A DNA stretch of 28,315 bases. Origin: a virus. Its lineage: Duplodnaviria > Caudoviricetes. The stretch is taken from positions 1 to 28,315 of the IMG/VR virus record IMGVR_UViG_3300012953_000161. One strand, given 5' to 3'. Below the pieces are notes generated by a model, which had not been told where the DNA came from, made no database searches, and saw only the letters and a program-made list of their open reading frames with translations. Position 1 is the first letter of the stretch, and every line of letters begins with the position of its first letter. Positions 7,279 to 16,009 of this stretch are shown piece by piece. The translations under genes were made by a program, and so were the position numbers.

Positions 7279-8989
7279 GGTCTGAGTATTTAAGGGACGA
7301 GAAGTCATTTTCTTTAACAAACTCAAGACTAGATTCAAATGCATCGACTAGAGTGTCAATCATCTTGTGAGAAATCACATAGATGTTTGTATTATCACTC
7401 ATGCGTCTCAGGATCTTAAGAAGATCTGTTGTTGCATTGGTATCCAGACTAGAATCAAACACTTCATCTAGTAATAGGAGGTTAGTTGCTGCAGAATTTT
7501 TCATTCTAGCAATATCTCTCCATGTAAAGAGCAATGCTAGGTCAATCTTTTGCTTTTCACCCTCAGAAAAGGATGCATAGGAAAAGATATCTCTATGTCT
7601 GCTCTTAATTACCTCGTTAAATTCCTCGTCAAGAGTAAAATTGACGTAGAAATCCATATCTTGTAGGTATTTATTGATATGTGTGTTGATAATGGGGATA
7701 AACTTCTTAATTATCTTACTCTTGATACCATTATCACGCAATAGGGTGCTGACCACTTTGTGATGTGACTCCTGTGCATTGACATCAGCACATTCTTCTA
7801 CCTTTTTATCCAACTCTTCCTTAAATTTGCTTAGTTTTTCCTGCTCACAGGTTAAATCTGAGTTGGTAGTCTTCTTACCCTTGACTGCGTTGAGTCTAGA
7901 AGCAATAGTTTTCTTTTCTTTGGTGTATGCTTTTAAATTACTCTTAAGTGTTTGATATTGTGCTGCCATTTGCGAGTCTGCCTTGACTTTCTTGTCAAGT
8001 TTCTCTAAGACCTGCTCCATTTCTTTCAGTTTAGACTGGTAGTCCTCATCTTTCTTACTCAAATCATCCACTCTAGACACTTTTGTATCAGTATCAATAG
8101 TCTGTGTGCAAGTAGGACAGGTATCATTCTTGATAAAGAAGTCAAGATCAGATAAATTTCTATTTACTTTAGTTTTTACAGATGCAATATACTCTCGCAT
8201 CTTACTATACTGTGCCTGTGATGATGCTGAGTTGGCAAGTTTGTCAGTAAGATCACGGATCTCAGTCTCTGTTGATGCTATATTTGTTTCTACTGCAAAA
8301 TTCTCTTCCTTTAATGACATCAACTGTGATGCAAGGTCATCATTTACATCCTTAACCATACCTTCCATGCGTTGCACTGTAGCAGTTTGCATGTCATAGG
8401 TCTTTTGATGTAGTGTGACTGTGTGCTCACACTCTTTAACTTCATTTCTTATGTCTCTCAAGCGATCCTTGAGCAACAAATTCATGCGTGAGAATACTTT
8501 GATGTCGAGGAGGTCTTCGATAACCTCTCTTCTATTTGGAGCATTAAGTTGCATGAATGGAACGAAAGTGCTAGACCCAAGAATAGAAATCTGTGTGAAA
8601 GATTTGAAATTGAATTTAAGTATCTTCTGCTCGAGATACTTTTGGTAGTCATTATTTGCTGCAGACTGGTCAATAAGTGTGCCGTTACGATATATCTCAA
8701 AGACATTTGGTTTGATTCCCCTTACTACTTTATACTTTGACTGCCCTACTGAGAATTCAACTTCCACCAATAGATCACGCTCGTTAATTGTGTTAACTAA
8801 CTGACCTTTACTAATCTTACGGAAGGGTTTATTAAACAATACAAAACATAAGGCATCTAACATGGTAGATTTCCCTGCTCCATTATCGCCATAAACAACG
8901 GTAGACTTATATCTTTCAAGATCTAAATATGTGAATCCATTTCCTGTTGATAGGAAATTTTTCCACTTCACTTTTTCAAAAACAATCAT
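7265..8989 (-). CDS. g46: recombination endonuclease ATPase subunit gp46 (Rad50/SbcC)
   Basis: WKNFLSTGN, Walker A GDNGAGKS, coiled coil with CPTC zinc hook, FSEGEK signature and LLLDEVFDSSLD. Confidence 0.96.
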   Translation of the reverse strand: MIVFEKVKWKNFLSTGNGFTYLDLERYKSTVVYGDNGAGKSTMLDALCFVLFNKPFRKISKGQLVNTINERDLLVEVEFSVGQSKYKVVRGIKPNVFEIYRNGTLIDQSAANNDYQKYLEQKILKFNFKSFTQISILGSSTFVPFMQLNAPNRREVIEDLLDIKVFSRMNLLLKDRLRDIRNEVKECEHTVTLHQKTYDMQTATVQRMEGMVKDVNDDLASQLMSLKEENFAVETNIASTETEIRDLTDKLANSASSQAQYSKMREYIASVKTKVNRNLSDLDFFIKNDTCPTCTQTIDTDTKVSRVDDLSKKDEDYQSKLKEMEQVLEKLDKKVKADSQMAAQYQTLKSNLKAYTKEKKTIASRLNAVKGKKTTNSDLTCEQEKLSKFKEELDKKVEECADVNAQESHHKVVSTLLRDNGIKSKIIKKFIPIINTHINKYLQDMDFYVNFTLDEEFNEVIKSRHRDIFSYASFSEGEKQKIDLALLFTWRDIARMKNSAATNLLLLDEVFDSSLDTNATTDLLKILRRMSDNTNIYVISHKMIDTLVDAFESSLEFVKENDFSSLKYSDRDNP

Positions 8990-9078
8990 GTATTAGGGTC
9001 GTCGTATTTACGAAGGATATAAAGTGCAATGGTGGCACCAATAGATGATGCACCTAAGACGATTAAAAATAAAGGCAT
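8986..9078 (-). CDS. 30-aa single-TM microprotein (MPLFLIVLGASSIGATIALYILRKYDDPNT)
   Basis: Read by hand. TAATG overlap with the upstream ORF and ATGA overlap with the g46 start. Confidence 0.75.
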   Translation of the reverse strand: MPLFLIVLGASSIGATIALYILRKYDDPNT

Positions 9079-9344
9079 TAGTCTATGACTGAAGGTGGAG
9101 GAATAACAAAGTCATTCTCTGTTATGATAGCATACCTGTATCCATGTTGTCTACAATTTGAAACAACATCTTTACGCTCAACCTCTGCCACATCTAATTC
9201 CCTAGGGAAATCTACATCTATTAACATTTGATGATATCTGTCAGCGTCATCTTTAATCGCAAAGATCTGTACGATACGCTCAAAAGACTTATCATCTTTA
9301 ACAGCGTACACACCACCAGTTTTCTTTTCGACTAAGACAAACAT
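9078..9344 (-). CDS. conserved cyanophage hypothetical protein (DUF3110-like)
   Basis: GVYAV...F...DDADRY...C...Y.YAIIT..DFVIPP; lies between g47 and g46 and is coupled to both neighbours. Confidence 0.7.
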   Translation of the reverse strand: MFVLVEKKTGGVYAVKDDKSFERIVQIFAIKDDADRYHQMLIDVDFPRELDVAEVERKDVVSNCRQHGYRYAIITENDFVIPPPSVID

Positions 9345-10369
9345 CAGACTTCTACCGATTCCATGTATAGATTTTTCAGTATAGCAAAAACTTCTTCTTT
9401 ATGTGGAAGCTCTTGGACACAGGTTTCAAGGATAGTAAGAGTATCTTCTACCTCTACATCTGTTACGTCTTCCAGAATATAAGTGTTATCTTCTATAATT
9501 TTCAAGTCTGCTACATTACCACACTGGATGTAGCGAATGGTCTGGTCAAACTTTGCTTGATCAGTCTTGTCATCTACGATTAGTTTAACGTAGGTGTTTG
9601 TAAAGTCAAGACCTTTGATATCATCTAGAGTTGTTTCATTATAGTAGATCTTATGGAATACCTCATAAGGATTCTGCTGAAACTTTAACTTTAGATCATC
9701 TGTATTTAGCAGATGAAACCCTTTTTTCTGACCGTAATCATTCCAATAGATTTGATTCGGGTTACCTAGATACTGGATATTCTTTTTCTTACTCTTTAGA
9801 TGATAGTGTCCTGATAAGACCATATCGAATTTATCGTAGGGTGCTGCGTCATCCCCATGAGACATAACAATTCCAGGTATAGCCTCAAAACCGCTAAGCT
9901 CGAGATGCCCCACACAGATATCTGAAGCACTAGTCTCGATTGCATCTCTAGTGGCATCTCTTGACTCGTCACATACCCAAGGAATACAGCACATATCCCT
10001 GCCACCAATGCTATAGTCTCCAGGTACGTCAATAATATTAATGTTGTCATAGTCCTTTAGTAGTAACTCAGGTGCATTTACCTTAAGAGTATTCTTAAAG
10101 TAGATATCATGATTACCAATCAACATATTCATAGTGACACCACGATCACGGAGTGGGTCAAACCACATCTCCTTTGCAGCATCTAAACTATTAAAGTTAA
10201 TAGTCTTTCTCTTATCAAACGTATCACCTAGACACAATACCTCAGTAATTCCCATCTTATCGATGGTTGGTATGACAACTTTAGAATAAAATGCTTTATA
10301 TTTTTCTAGAAAAACTAGACTGTCATTACGAACGCCGAAGTGTTGGTCAGTTATAACCAATACATTCAT
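9344..10369 (-). CDS. g47: recombination endonuclease nuclease subunit gp47 (Mre11/SbcD)
   Basis: Metallophosphoesterase motifs TDQHFG, LGDTFD, IGNHD, GHLE and SGHYH. Confidence 0.96.
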   Translation of the reverse strand: MNVLVITDQHFGVRNDSLVFLEKYKAFYSKVVIPTIDKMGITEVLCLGDTFDKRKTINFNSLDAAKEMWFDPLRDRGVTMNMLIGNHDIYFKNTLKVNAPELLLKDYDNINIIDVPGDYSIGGRDMCCIPWVCDESRDATRDAIETSASDICVGHLELSGFEAIPGIVMSHGDDAAPYDKFDMVLSGHYHLKSKKKNIQYLGNPNQIYWNDYGQKKGFHLLNTDDLKLKFQQNPYEVFHKIYYNETTLDDIKGLDFTNTYVKLIVDDKTDQAKFDQTIRYIQCGNVADLKIIEDNTYILEDVTDVEVEDTLTILETCVQELPHKEEVFAILKNLYMESVEV

Positions 10370-10372
10370 GTA

Positions 10373-10843
10373 TTATCCTCGCATAGTAGTTTCAATTCTA
10401 GACTTGATTGAATTCATCTGAGCATGATCGTCTTTGGTATCAACTGAGAATACCTCATCATATCCACTCTTCTCAATCAACTTGTCTTTGATATCCATTT
10501 GACGTTTTTCCTTTGCAATACGACGTAGGAATGCATAATACACTATCTGTGTAAAATATGCAAATGGGTTAGTCGATTTCGCAGGATCAAAGTTATCGAT
10601 ATACTGGACACAATTCTCAATCCCATCGCAGATCATGTCATCCTTATACATGTAGTTAATAAAGTTAGGACGATATGATAGGTGAGTAGCAATCTTTAAG
10701 AAGCACTCTCCAATATAGTTTGGGATTCTCGGTTTGGGTAGATCTTCTTCAGCAGCATGCTTAACGTCCTTGCGGTATACCACGAGCTCGTCGAGAAACT
10801 TCTTGTTATCTACATAGTGTTGTTTTTTTGCTTTCCGTGGCAT
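10373..10843 (-). CDS. g55: late transcription sigma factor gp55
   Basis: HYVDNKKF, YIGECFLKIATHLSYRPNFINY and NPFAYFTQIVYYAFLRRIAKEK. Confidence 0.96.
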   Translation of the reverse strand: MPRKAKKQHYVDNKKFLDELVVYRKDVKHAAEEDLPKPRIPNYIGECFLKIATHLSYRPNFINYMYKDDMICDGIENCVQYIDNFDPAKSTNPFAYFTQIVYYAFLRRIAKEKRQMDIKDKLIEKSGYDEVFSVDTKDDHAQMNSIKSRIETTMRG

Positions 10844-10864
10844 TTATTGCTTCCGAATGTCTTA

Positions 10865-10893
10865 AGTATACACCAGTTATATGTCTACGTCAA
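10865..10893 (-). promoter_or_regulatory. sigma70-type promoter for g55: TTGACG-N17-TATACT
   Basis: 5/6 match at both boxes with a 17-nt spacer, about 20 nt upstream of the g55 ATG. Confidence 0.75.
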
Positions 10894-11309
10894 CCTGTGT
10901 TACGCCACTGCTTCTCTAACTTCTTACGGAAGTCATCAACTTTACCAATAAGTCCCATGGTTTCATTCATAGGTGCAGTGTAATCATCATTAGATCCAAA
11001 TTCTCTACGCAACCACATGCGATACATGGCAATAGAATCATCACTCATAGGTGCTACGCAAATTATATCTGGCTCTCTAATTAAATAAAAATCTTCTTCA
11101 CTAAACATCATCCACTTGGTAAAACCAATAGCAAGACCTTGATGCTTACCCTCTGCTACAGGTGTAGCGTGTGGTTTGGCAGGATTAGACACAAAAATAA
11201 GAGTATCACCCTTATCATCAGTGGCGATCATAGGTCCTAAGACCTCATCACCAGAGACTAGTTTGACTACTCCGTAGAATTCTTGCTCGTGTTGGATGTA
11301 ATTAATCAT
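10890..11309 (-). CDS. conserved T4-like hypothetical protein (Sm-like fold suspected)
   Basis: EFYGVVKLVSGDEV...NP...KWMMFSEEDFY; typical gene between uvsW and g55. Confidence 0.7.
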   Translation of the reverse strand: MINYIQHEQEFYGVVKLVSGDEVLGPMIATDDKGDTLIFVSNPAKPHATPVAEGKHQGLAIGFTKWMMFSEEDFYLIREPDIICVAPMSDDSIAMYRMWLRREFGSNDDYTAPMNETMGLIGKVDDFRKKLEKQWRNTG

Positions 11310-12762
11310 TTTTGAATCTTACTTTAGTGACTTCATAATCAAACTCTTCAGACTCGTATATCTTCATCCTCTCTATTAGATGTCTGAATGTGTAGTTATG
11401 ATATGACCCCTTCGTGCAGTCATCAGCAATGTCGTAAAGTGTTGCCTGTGATTTATTCTCGCCTTTCCTTAAAACTCTACCAATGGATTGTAGGTTTCGC
11501 ACTCTAGACTTAGAGGGACTAGCGAAGATAACGTTATGCAAATTGCGAATGTTTATACCAGTGGAGAATGTGCCATAACTTGCAATGATGATAGCATCTT
11601 TTTCCTTTTCGGTAATTCTTCTCGCTTCTTCACGATCTTCAGTATCAATTCCACCGTGAATAAAAAACAAACGGCGATTTTGATTGTAACTATTTATCAA
11701 ATTGTAAAGGGGCTCACCATGTTTCTCAACGTAATTAAAGAGAATTAAGGTGTTGCCAACCGTATCTAATGCTAATTTACTTATAAATTTGTTACGTCTC
11801 TCGTGCTGTGTGATGTAATCCATCTCCTGTTGATAGTGATCAAACGGCACCCAACCATGTTTAAGTAGAATAATTTTTACTTTTAGTGGTGTGAGATGTC
11901 CTTTCTTTTGAAGATCCTTAGTCTTTGTAACCTGATCCACACTACCAAACAGACCTTCCAATACTAATTGGTGAGTTTGTAACCCATCAAGTGTGCCTGT
12001 TAACCCAACACGATACTTAGTATCCACCATTTTAGTGAGGATACCCGACAATGATTTTGCTTTATATAGATGTGCTTCGTCTCCTATGACAGCACCAAAC
12101 CTCTCAAAGAAATTTTTACCTTCTTTGTATATACTCTGCCATGTGGATATAATTACTGGATCGTCAACATATTTCTCTCTACCTGCTCTAATCTTATGAC
12201 AGTATGCACTTGCTTTCCAACCATAAGTTTCAAAATCTTTATACATTTGCTCTACCAGTGATGTGGTAGGCACAATAATCAATACATCTAGTCCTTTCTG
12301 TAGATACCAACGCACTAGTGCATAGATGATTAGGGATTTCCCTGATCCTGTGGGGGATAGTAGAAGCTTCCTACGCGACTTAAGTGCTTGATATATGCCT
12401 CGTAACTGGTAGTCCCTTGCTGTGAAAGGGAGACCCAAAGACCTAACAAAAGACGCTGTGCTTTCAGGTGTGACATAATCTTCTTCCTCTTCTGGTATAC
12501 CATAGTAGTCACTCTGTTTAATGACATACTTATAGTGTTTGTTATTAAAGAATTCTTCTAGGTAGTCATAGAGACCACAATAGATCTCACCTGTGCCAGG
12601 TGAATATAATCTTATCTTTCCATCCCACACACGTTTCTTATAGTGTGGCATGAATTTAGCGTTAGGCACATCAAAACAAAAATACTCTGATAACTCTTTA
12701 TGGATGTGCTCCTCTGTTTCTACTTTTAAATAAACTTCATTTTTCTTGCTAACGTATGTCAT
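11302..12762 (-). CDS. uvsW: UvsW SF2 DNA helicase
   Basis: RDYQ, PTGSGKS, DEAH, TGT and QSIGRVLR. Start set at MTYVSKKNEVY (12762). Confidence 0.96.
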   Translation of the reverse strand: MTYVSKKNEVYLKVETEEHIHKELSEYFCFDVPNAKFMPHYKKRVWDGKIRLYSPGTGEIYCGLYDYLEEFFNNKHYKYVIKQSDYYGIPEEEEDYVTPESTASFVRSLGLPFTARDYQLRGIYQALKSRRKLLLSPTGSGKSLIIYALVRWYLQKGLDVLIIVPTTSLVEQMYKDFETYGWKASAYCHKIRAGREKYVDDPVIISTWQSIYKEGKNFFERFGAVIGDEAHLYKAKSLSGILTKMVDTKYRVGLTGTLDGLQTHQLVLEGLFGSVDQVTKTKDLQKKGHLTPLKVKIILLKHGWVPFDHYQQEMDYITQHERRNKFISKLALDTVGNTLILFNYVEKHGEPLYNLINSYNQNRRLFFIHGGIDTEDREEARRITEKEKDAIIIASYGTFSTGINIRNLHNVIFASPSKSRVRNLQSIGRVLRKGENKSQATLYDIADDCTKGSYHNYTFRHLIERMKIYESEEFDYEVTKVRFKND

Positions 12763-13177
12763 AGTATTTGATGATGTCAAATGCATTCTTGATAGCAAAC
12801 CCTCTCGAGTCTATCTGTTTAAGAATCCTCTCACAACAATTTATACAAGTTTCGAGGTAGTGGATCTTAGCGTTTGCACGAGACAAATCCTTATCGCCAT
12901 CTAAGTATAGACCGATATCAGATTTTAATACTTTAAGTGGGTATATCTTTCCTTCTTCGTCTGGTCTTTTACCAGAAAAATATTCAAACTTGTGTAGTCT
13001 TATTAGATTCCTTTTACTCTCTGCTTCTGAAAGCATCAGTCGGAATTGATTCAACCATTTCAAATACTTAGAGTGTAGTTTAGCAGACGCTAACGAGTCG
13101 TTTGCCAAAAGCTCAGGCAACTCCCTATGGAGCTCTGAGTCCTTCTCCCACATCTCTTCAATTTTTTCGAGATTCAT
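12749..13177 (-). CDS. uvsY: UvsY recombination mediator
   Basis: MW.KDS...LHSKYL...LKSDI..YLDGD...I..RGFAIKNA; lies between g3 and uvsW. Confidence 0.9.
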   Translation of the reverse strand: MNLEKIEEMWEKDSELHRELPELLANDSLASAKLHSKYLKWLNQFRLMLSEAESKRNLIRLHKFEYFSGKRPDEEGKIYPLKVLKSDIGLYLDGDKDLSRANAKIHYLETCINCCERILKQIDSRGFAIKNAFDIIKYYDIR

Positions 13178-13752
13178 TACTCTAATGCTGTGGAGCGTAC
13201 GTTAGTCTCACCACTCTGAATCTCATACAAGATATATTTAAACGTGGCATTGGCAGTAGCGTACTGTGTGCCATCTATTGTAGCATCAAAATCCAATCCT
13301 GACAAGGAGACAGGAAACAATCCTTTGAATACGATGTTAAAATTTGCATTGAAGTTACTGTTAAGCACTGTCAAAGATGCGTCAGCAGATATCAGATCCC
13401 AGTCCTTTGAATCGTATTGGAATCTAGACTTCATAAAATCTATAAAAGTTGTCCTTTCTTTTGACTTCTCGGGGACACCGAGAGCACGCAACCAGTTGTG
13501 TAGTAGGAGATAGTTTTCCATATCCTCATCTACTATGAAAGACATTTCAAAATCTTCGTATTGAAATGTGCCTTCTAGAGGTAACTGACGTCCATACCTT
13601 GTGGACTGCATGGGTTGTGTGATTGAGATTGCAGGAATAGCAGCAGACTGACTAAAGTACACGACCTTAGGAAACTTAGGCATCACCATCTTAAACCCAA
13701 GTGGTGATAAGAAGTTTCTATTTTCAATCTGTGAATTCCAAGCGTTAGTCAT
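13177..13752 (-). CDS. g3: tail tube terminator/completion protein gp3
   Basis: NRNFLSPLGF, FIVDEDMENY...HNW and FKGLFPVSLSGL.F.AT; synteny. Confidence 0.9.
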   Translation of the reverse strand: MTNAWNSQIENRNFLSPLGFKMVMPKFPKVVYFSQSAAIPAISITQPMQSTRYGRQLPLEGTFQYEDFEMSFIVDEDMENYLLLHNWLRALGVPEKSKERTTFIDFMKSRFQYDSKDWDLISADASLTVLNSNFNANFNIVFKGLFPVSLSGLDFDATIDGTQYATANATFKYILYEIQSGETNVRSTALE

Positions 13753-13922
13753 TAGGCACCCATGTAGACAGGCGACATGAGACCACCTTCGGGATCGTCA
13801 TCGTCGTCGTCATTATTTATATCGTACAAGTCGAAGATCACCTTCAGTATGAAGTGTGCAAATAATCCGACTGTAATTCCTCTAATAAACTGTATTAATA
13901 ATATGCTAGTGTCGTAATCCAT
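13752..13922 (-). CDS. 56-aa membrane protein with acidic tail (MDYDTSILLIQFIRGITVGLFAHFILKVIFDLYDINNDDDDDDPEGGLMSPVYMGA)
   Basis: Read by hand. TAATG-coupled to g3; the TM plus poly-D plus GGxMxPV pattern resembles small proteins I recall from marine picocyanobacteria and their phages. Confidence 0.75.
   Translation of the reverse strand: MDYDTSILLIQFIRGITVGLFAHFILKVIFDLYDINNDDDDDDPEGGLMSPVYMGA
13814..13821 (-). promoter_or_regulatory. T4-type late promoter TATAAATA for g3
   Basis: Exact T4 consensus about 60 nt upstream of g3, inside the small ORF. Confidence 0.7.
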
Positions 13923-14292
13923 GAAAACGGTGTATTGGTGCGATAATGTTATTGCTTAGGTCTTCTTTAACTGCCTCGACGACCTTATCTAAAATGTTAA
14001 TGTCGATGTGCATGAATGGAGGAATGATACCTAACATCCTCAACAATCCATCAACAAATAATGCAAGTGCTGTGAATCCTAGAATCATAGAGATAACAGT
14101 AGCATCTCTATTGTGCTTCTTCATTGATTCTTCATCAATGCGTCTCGCCTCAGAGACAGCAGTATCTACAGCAGATGCTATCATAGCATCAACTTCACTT
14201 TTTGTATAGGATACCTGCCGTATCTTTTTTTCGGTCATGCCGATGTCTACAACGTCTGTGCGAGGAAACTCACTGATTAGTTTGTTTATCAT
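13906..14292 (-). CDS. membrane protein, probably host-like (picocyanobacterial conserved hypothetical)
   Basis: KHNRDATVISMILGFTALALFVDGLLRMLGIIPPFMHIDI TM region; the host similarity is from memory only. Confidence 0.7.
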   Translation of the reverse strand: MINKLISEFPRTDVVDIGMTEKKIRQVSYTKSEVDAMIASAVDTAVSEARRIDEESMKKHNRDATVISMILGFTALALFVDGLLRMLGIIPPFMHIDINILDKVVEAVKEDLSNNIIAPIHRFHGLRH

Positions 14293-14431
14293 TGATGTCC
14301 TTGGAGTGATACCAGAAATCTTCCCAGTCCTTCGGAGAATCCGTGACGTCTACAATTCCTGTAATTTTGTTTTTCATCTTCTCGATGTCATCTATGAGAT
14401 CATCAAGTCGATCTAAATCTTTTCTGGGCAT
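14270..14431 (-). CDS. 53-aa hypothetical protein (MPRKDLDRLDDLIDDIEKMKNKITGIVDVTDSPKDWEDFWYHSKDINDKQTNQ)
   Basis: Read by hand; fills the gap and overlaps the next ORF by 23 nt. Confidence 0.65.
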   Translation of the reverse strand: MPRKDLDRLDDLIDDIEKMKNKITGIVDVTDSPKDWEDFWYHSKDINDKQTNQ

Positions 14432-14460
14432 ACTAGATAAGTTTTTTATATCTTACTATA

Positions 14461-14544
14461 TTATGCTCCTAAACGCAATAGGTAAATGGTAAACAATCCT
14501 AAAAGAAGGAAGAGCATAACGTAGTATGTAACCTCTGCTACCAT
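14461..14544 (-). CDS. 27-aa single-TM microprotein (MVAEVTYYVMLFLLLGLFTIYLLRLGA)
   Basis: Read by hand; starts 20 nt downstream of the CATAAATA late promoter. Confidence 0.6.
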   Translation of the reverse strand: MVAEVTYYVMLFLLLGLFTIYLLRLGA

Positions 14545-14564
14545 GTCTATCTCGTCAGTTGCTG

Positions 14565-14572
14565 TATTTATG
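14565..14572 (-). promoter_or_regulatory. late promoter CATAAATA
   Basis: NATAAATA directly after the g23 terminator. Confidence 0.65.
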
Positions 14573-14581
14573 TTGCCTAAT

Positions 14582-14607
14582 AAAAAAGGCAGGTCGTTAG
14601 ACCTGCC
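14582..14607 (-). terminator. rho-independent terminator after g23
   Basis: GGCAGGTC-TAAC-GACCTGCC stem followed by T6. Confidence 0.92.
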
Positions 14608-14629
14608 CAAGTCAATGTATCCTGACAAT

Positions 14630-15976
14630 TTACATTAGGTTGTCAACTAGCACACGTCTGTAGTAACGGTTCTTGTTAGGATCAAGATCTCCGCCACCTT
14701 GGTCTGTGCCTTCAGCAAATGGGTTAGCAACCATGCCATAACGAGTCTTAAACCCGATTTTTGGCTGGAATGTATCCTGACCCACAGCTCTGACCATCTG
14801 TAGTGGGACATAAGGACAGTAGAAGATTCCTGCATCATATGCAGATGATCCTTTGTATCCACCAACGTAGAAGTGTCTGTCACTTACGTTTGCTGAATAT
14901 GGATCAACATAAACCTTGATTCTACCATTCAATGTACCAGCAAGAGTGCTGCTGTTGTCATCTGGAAGCAAGTTACTGTTTCCTGCAAGAGCTGGAGTGT
15001 AATCAAGCACACCTGCCATTGATAGAGCACTAGCCACGTCTGCTGAGCAGATGAGGATGTTACCCTTCCCACGACGAGTTTCATGCCCGATAGCATTCAT
15101 GTCTCTTTCGATCTGGAATAGAAGACCTTTAAACTTCTCAACTGACCATCTACCGTTGGAGTCAACGTCTAGGTCAAATACACCTGCAGTTGCTGTGTTA
15201 TTCTGTGCACCAGGTCTTGCGACTTTGTATACAGATCTTACAACTTCACGGTTGATTTCAGCAAGTACTTCTGTTGAAAGAATGTTTGCCAATTCAGACT
15301 CAGCGTCTAAACCGTGAACTGCCTTAAGGTCTTGTGCCAATTCTAGAGAATACTCTGCCTTGAGTGCTCTGGACTTCGCAGTCACAGTAACTTTCTCAAT
15401 GCTGAAGTTCATCTCAGCGAACTGGTTACCAGATGCATCACCCAATGCTTCTGCCTGAGCTGTGGTCATACCAGTGTTAGTGGTGTATGTACCAGAGTCG
15501 TTAAGAAGACCAGGGTTGCTTCCTGATTGTGCAGACTGTCCGAGGTCAGATGCTGCGTTCTCTCCAGAGAATTCTGCGTCTGCTTCGTTGAAGAATGCTT
15601 CTGATCCTGCTGTACGGTTTGTGCCGTAGCGTGATCTCATTGCGAAAATAAGTCCTGTAGGACCTGTCATTGGTTGTACGCCTGCGATATCGTAAGCGAT
15701 CAACTTAGGCATTGATCTTCTGATCAATGAAATGAGAACTGGGTCGAAACCTGCGACTGGACCTGTAGCTGTGCTACTACCACTGAAACCTGCTGTACCA
15801 GCAGACATAGTAGGAGCGGCTTCGGTCAATACGCCAGCTTCTTCCTTAATAAATTTCTCTTGGTTCTCAAGGAGGACTGCAGTCACTGCCTTTCTATAGT
15901 TATCGCTAATCTCTGGGAGATCGCCATGTGTAAGAATAGGTGACCACTTCTCCTGTAGATGCTCAGAATTGAACAT
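14630..15976 (-). CDS. g23: major capsid protein gp23
   Basis: LQEKWSPIL, LLENQE, GVQPMTGPTGLIFAMR, SRALKAEYSLELAQDLKAVHGLDAE and FQPKIGFKTRYG. Confidence 0.99.
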   Translation of the reverse strand: MFNSEHLQEKWSPILTHGDLPEISDNYRKAVTAVLLENQEKFIKEEAGVLTEAAPTMSAGTAGFSGSSTATGPVAGFDPVLISLIRRSMPKLIAYDIAGVQPMTGPTGLIFAMRSRYGTNRTAGSEAFFNEADAEFSGENAASDLGQSAQSGSNPGLLNDSGTYTTNTGMTTAQAEALGDASGNQFAEMNFSIEKVTVTAKSRALKAEYSLELAQDLKAVHGLDAESELANILSTEVLAEINREVVRSVYKVARPGAQNNTATAGVFDLDVDSNGRWSVEKFKGLLFQIERDMNAIGHETRRGKGNILICSADVASALSMAGVLDYTPALAGNSNLLPDDNSSTLAGTLNGRIKVYVDPYSANVSDRHFYVGGYKGSSAYDAGIFYCPYVPLQMVRAVGQDTFQPKIGFKTRYGMVANPFAEGTDQGGGDLDPNKNRYYRRVLVDNLM

Positions 15977-16009
15977 TTTGGTTATACCTCTATTAGGAAA
16001 ATGGGTTAA

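Noticed and set aside
7102-7344. Programmed frameshift extending gp46 into the overlapping ORF
   Set aside because: gp46 ends at normal length, no convincing slippery site was seen, and a GTG start explains the ORF.
14461-14544. PetM homology of the 27-aa peptide
   Set aside because: Only a loose M..E...GL....LL(R/K) resemblance with different spacing; too weak to call.
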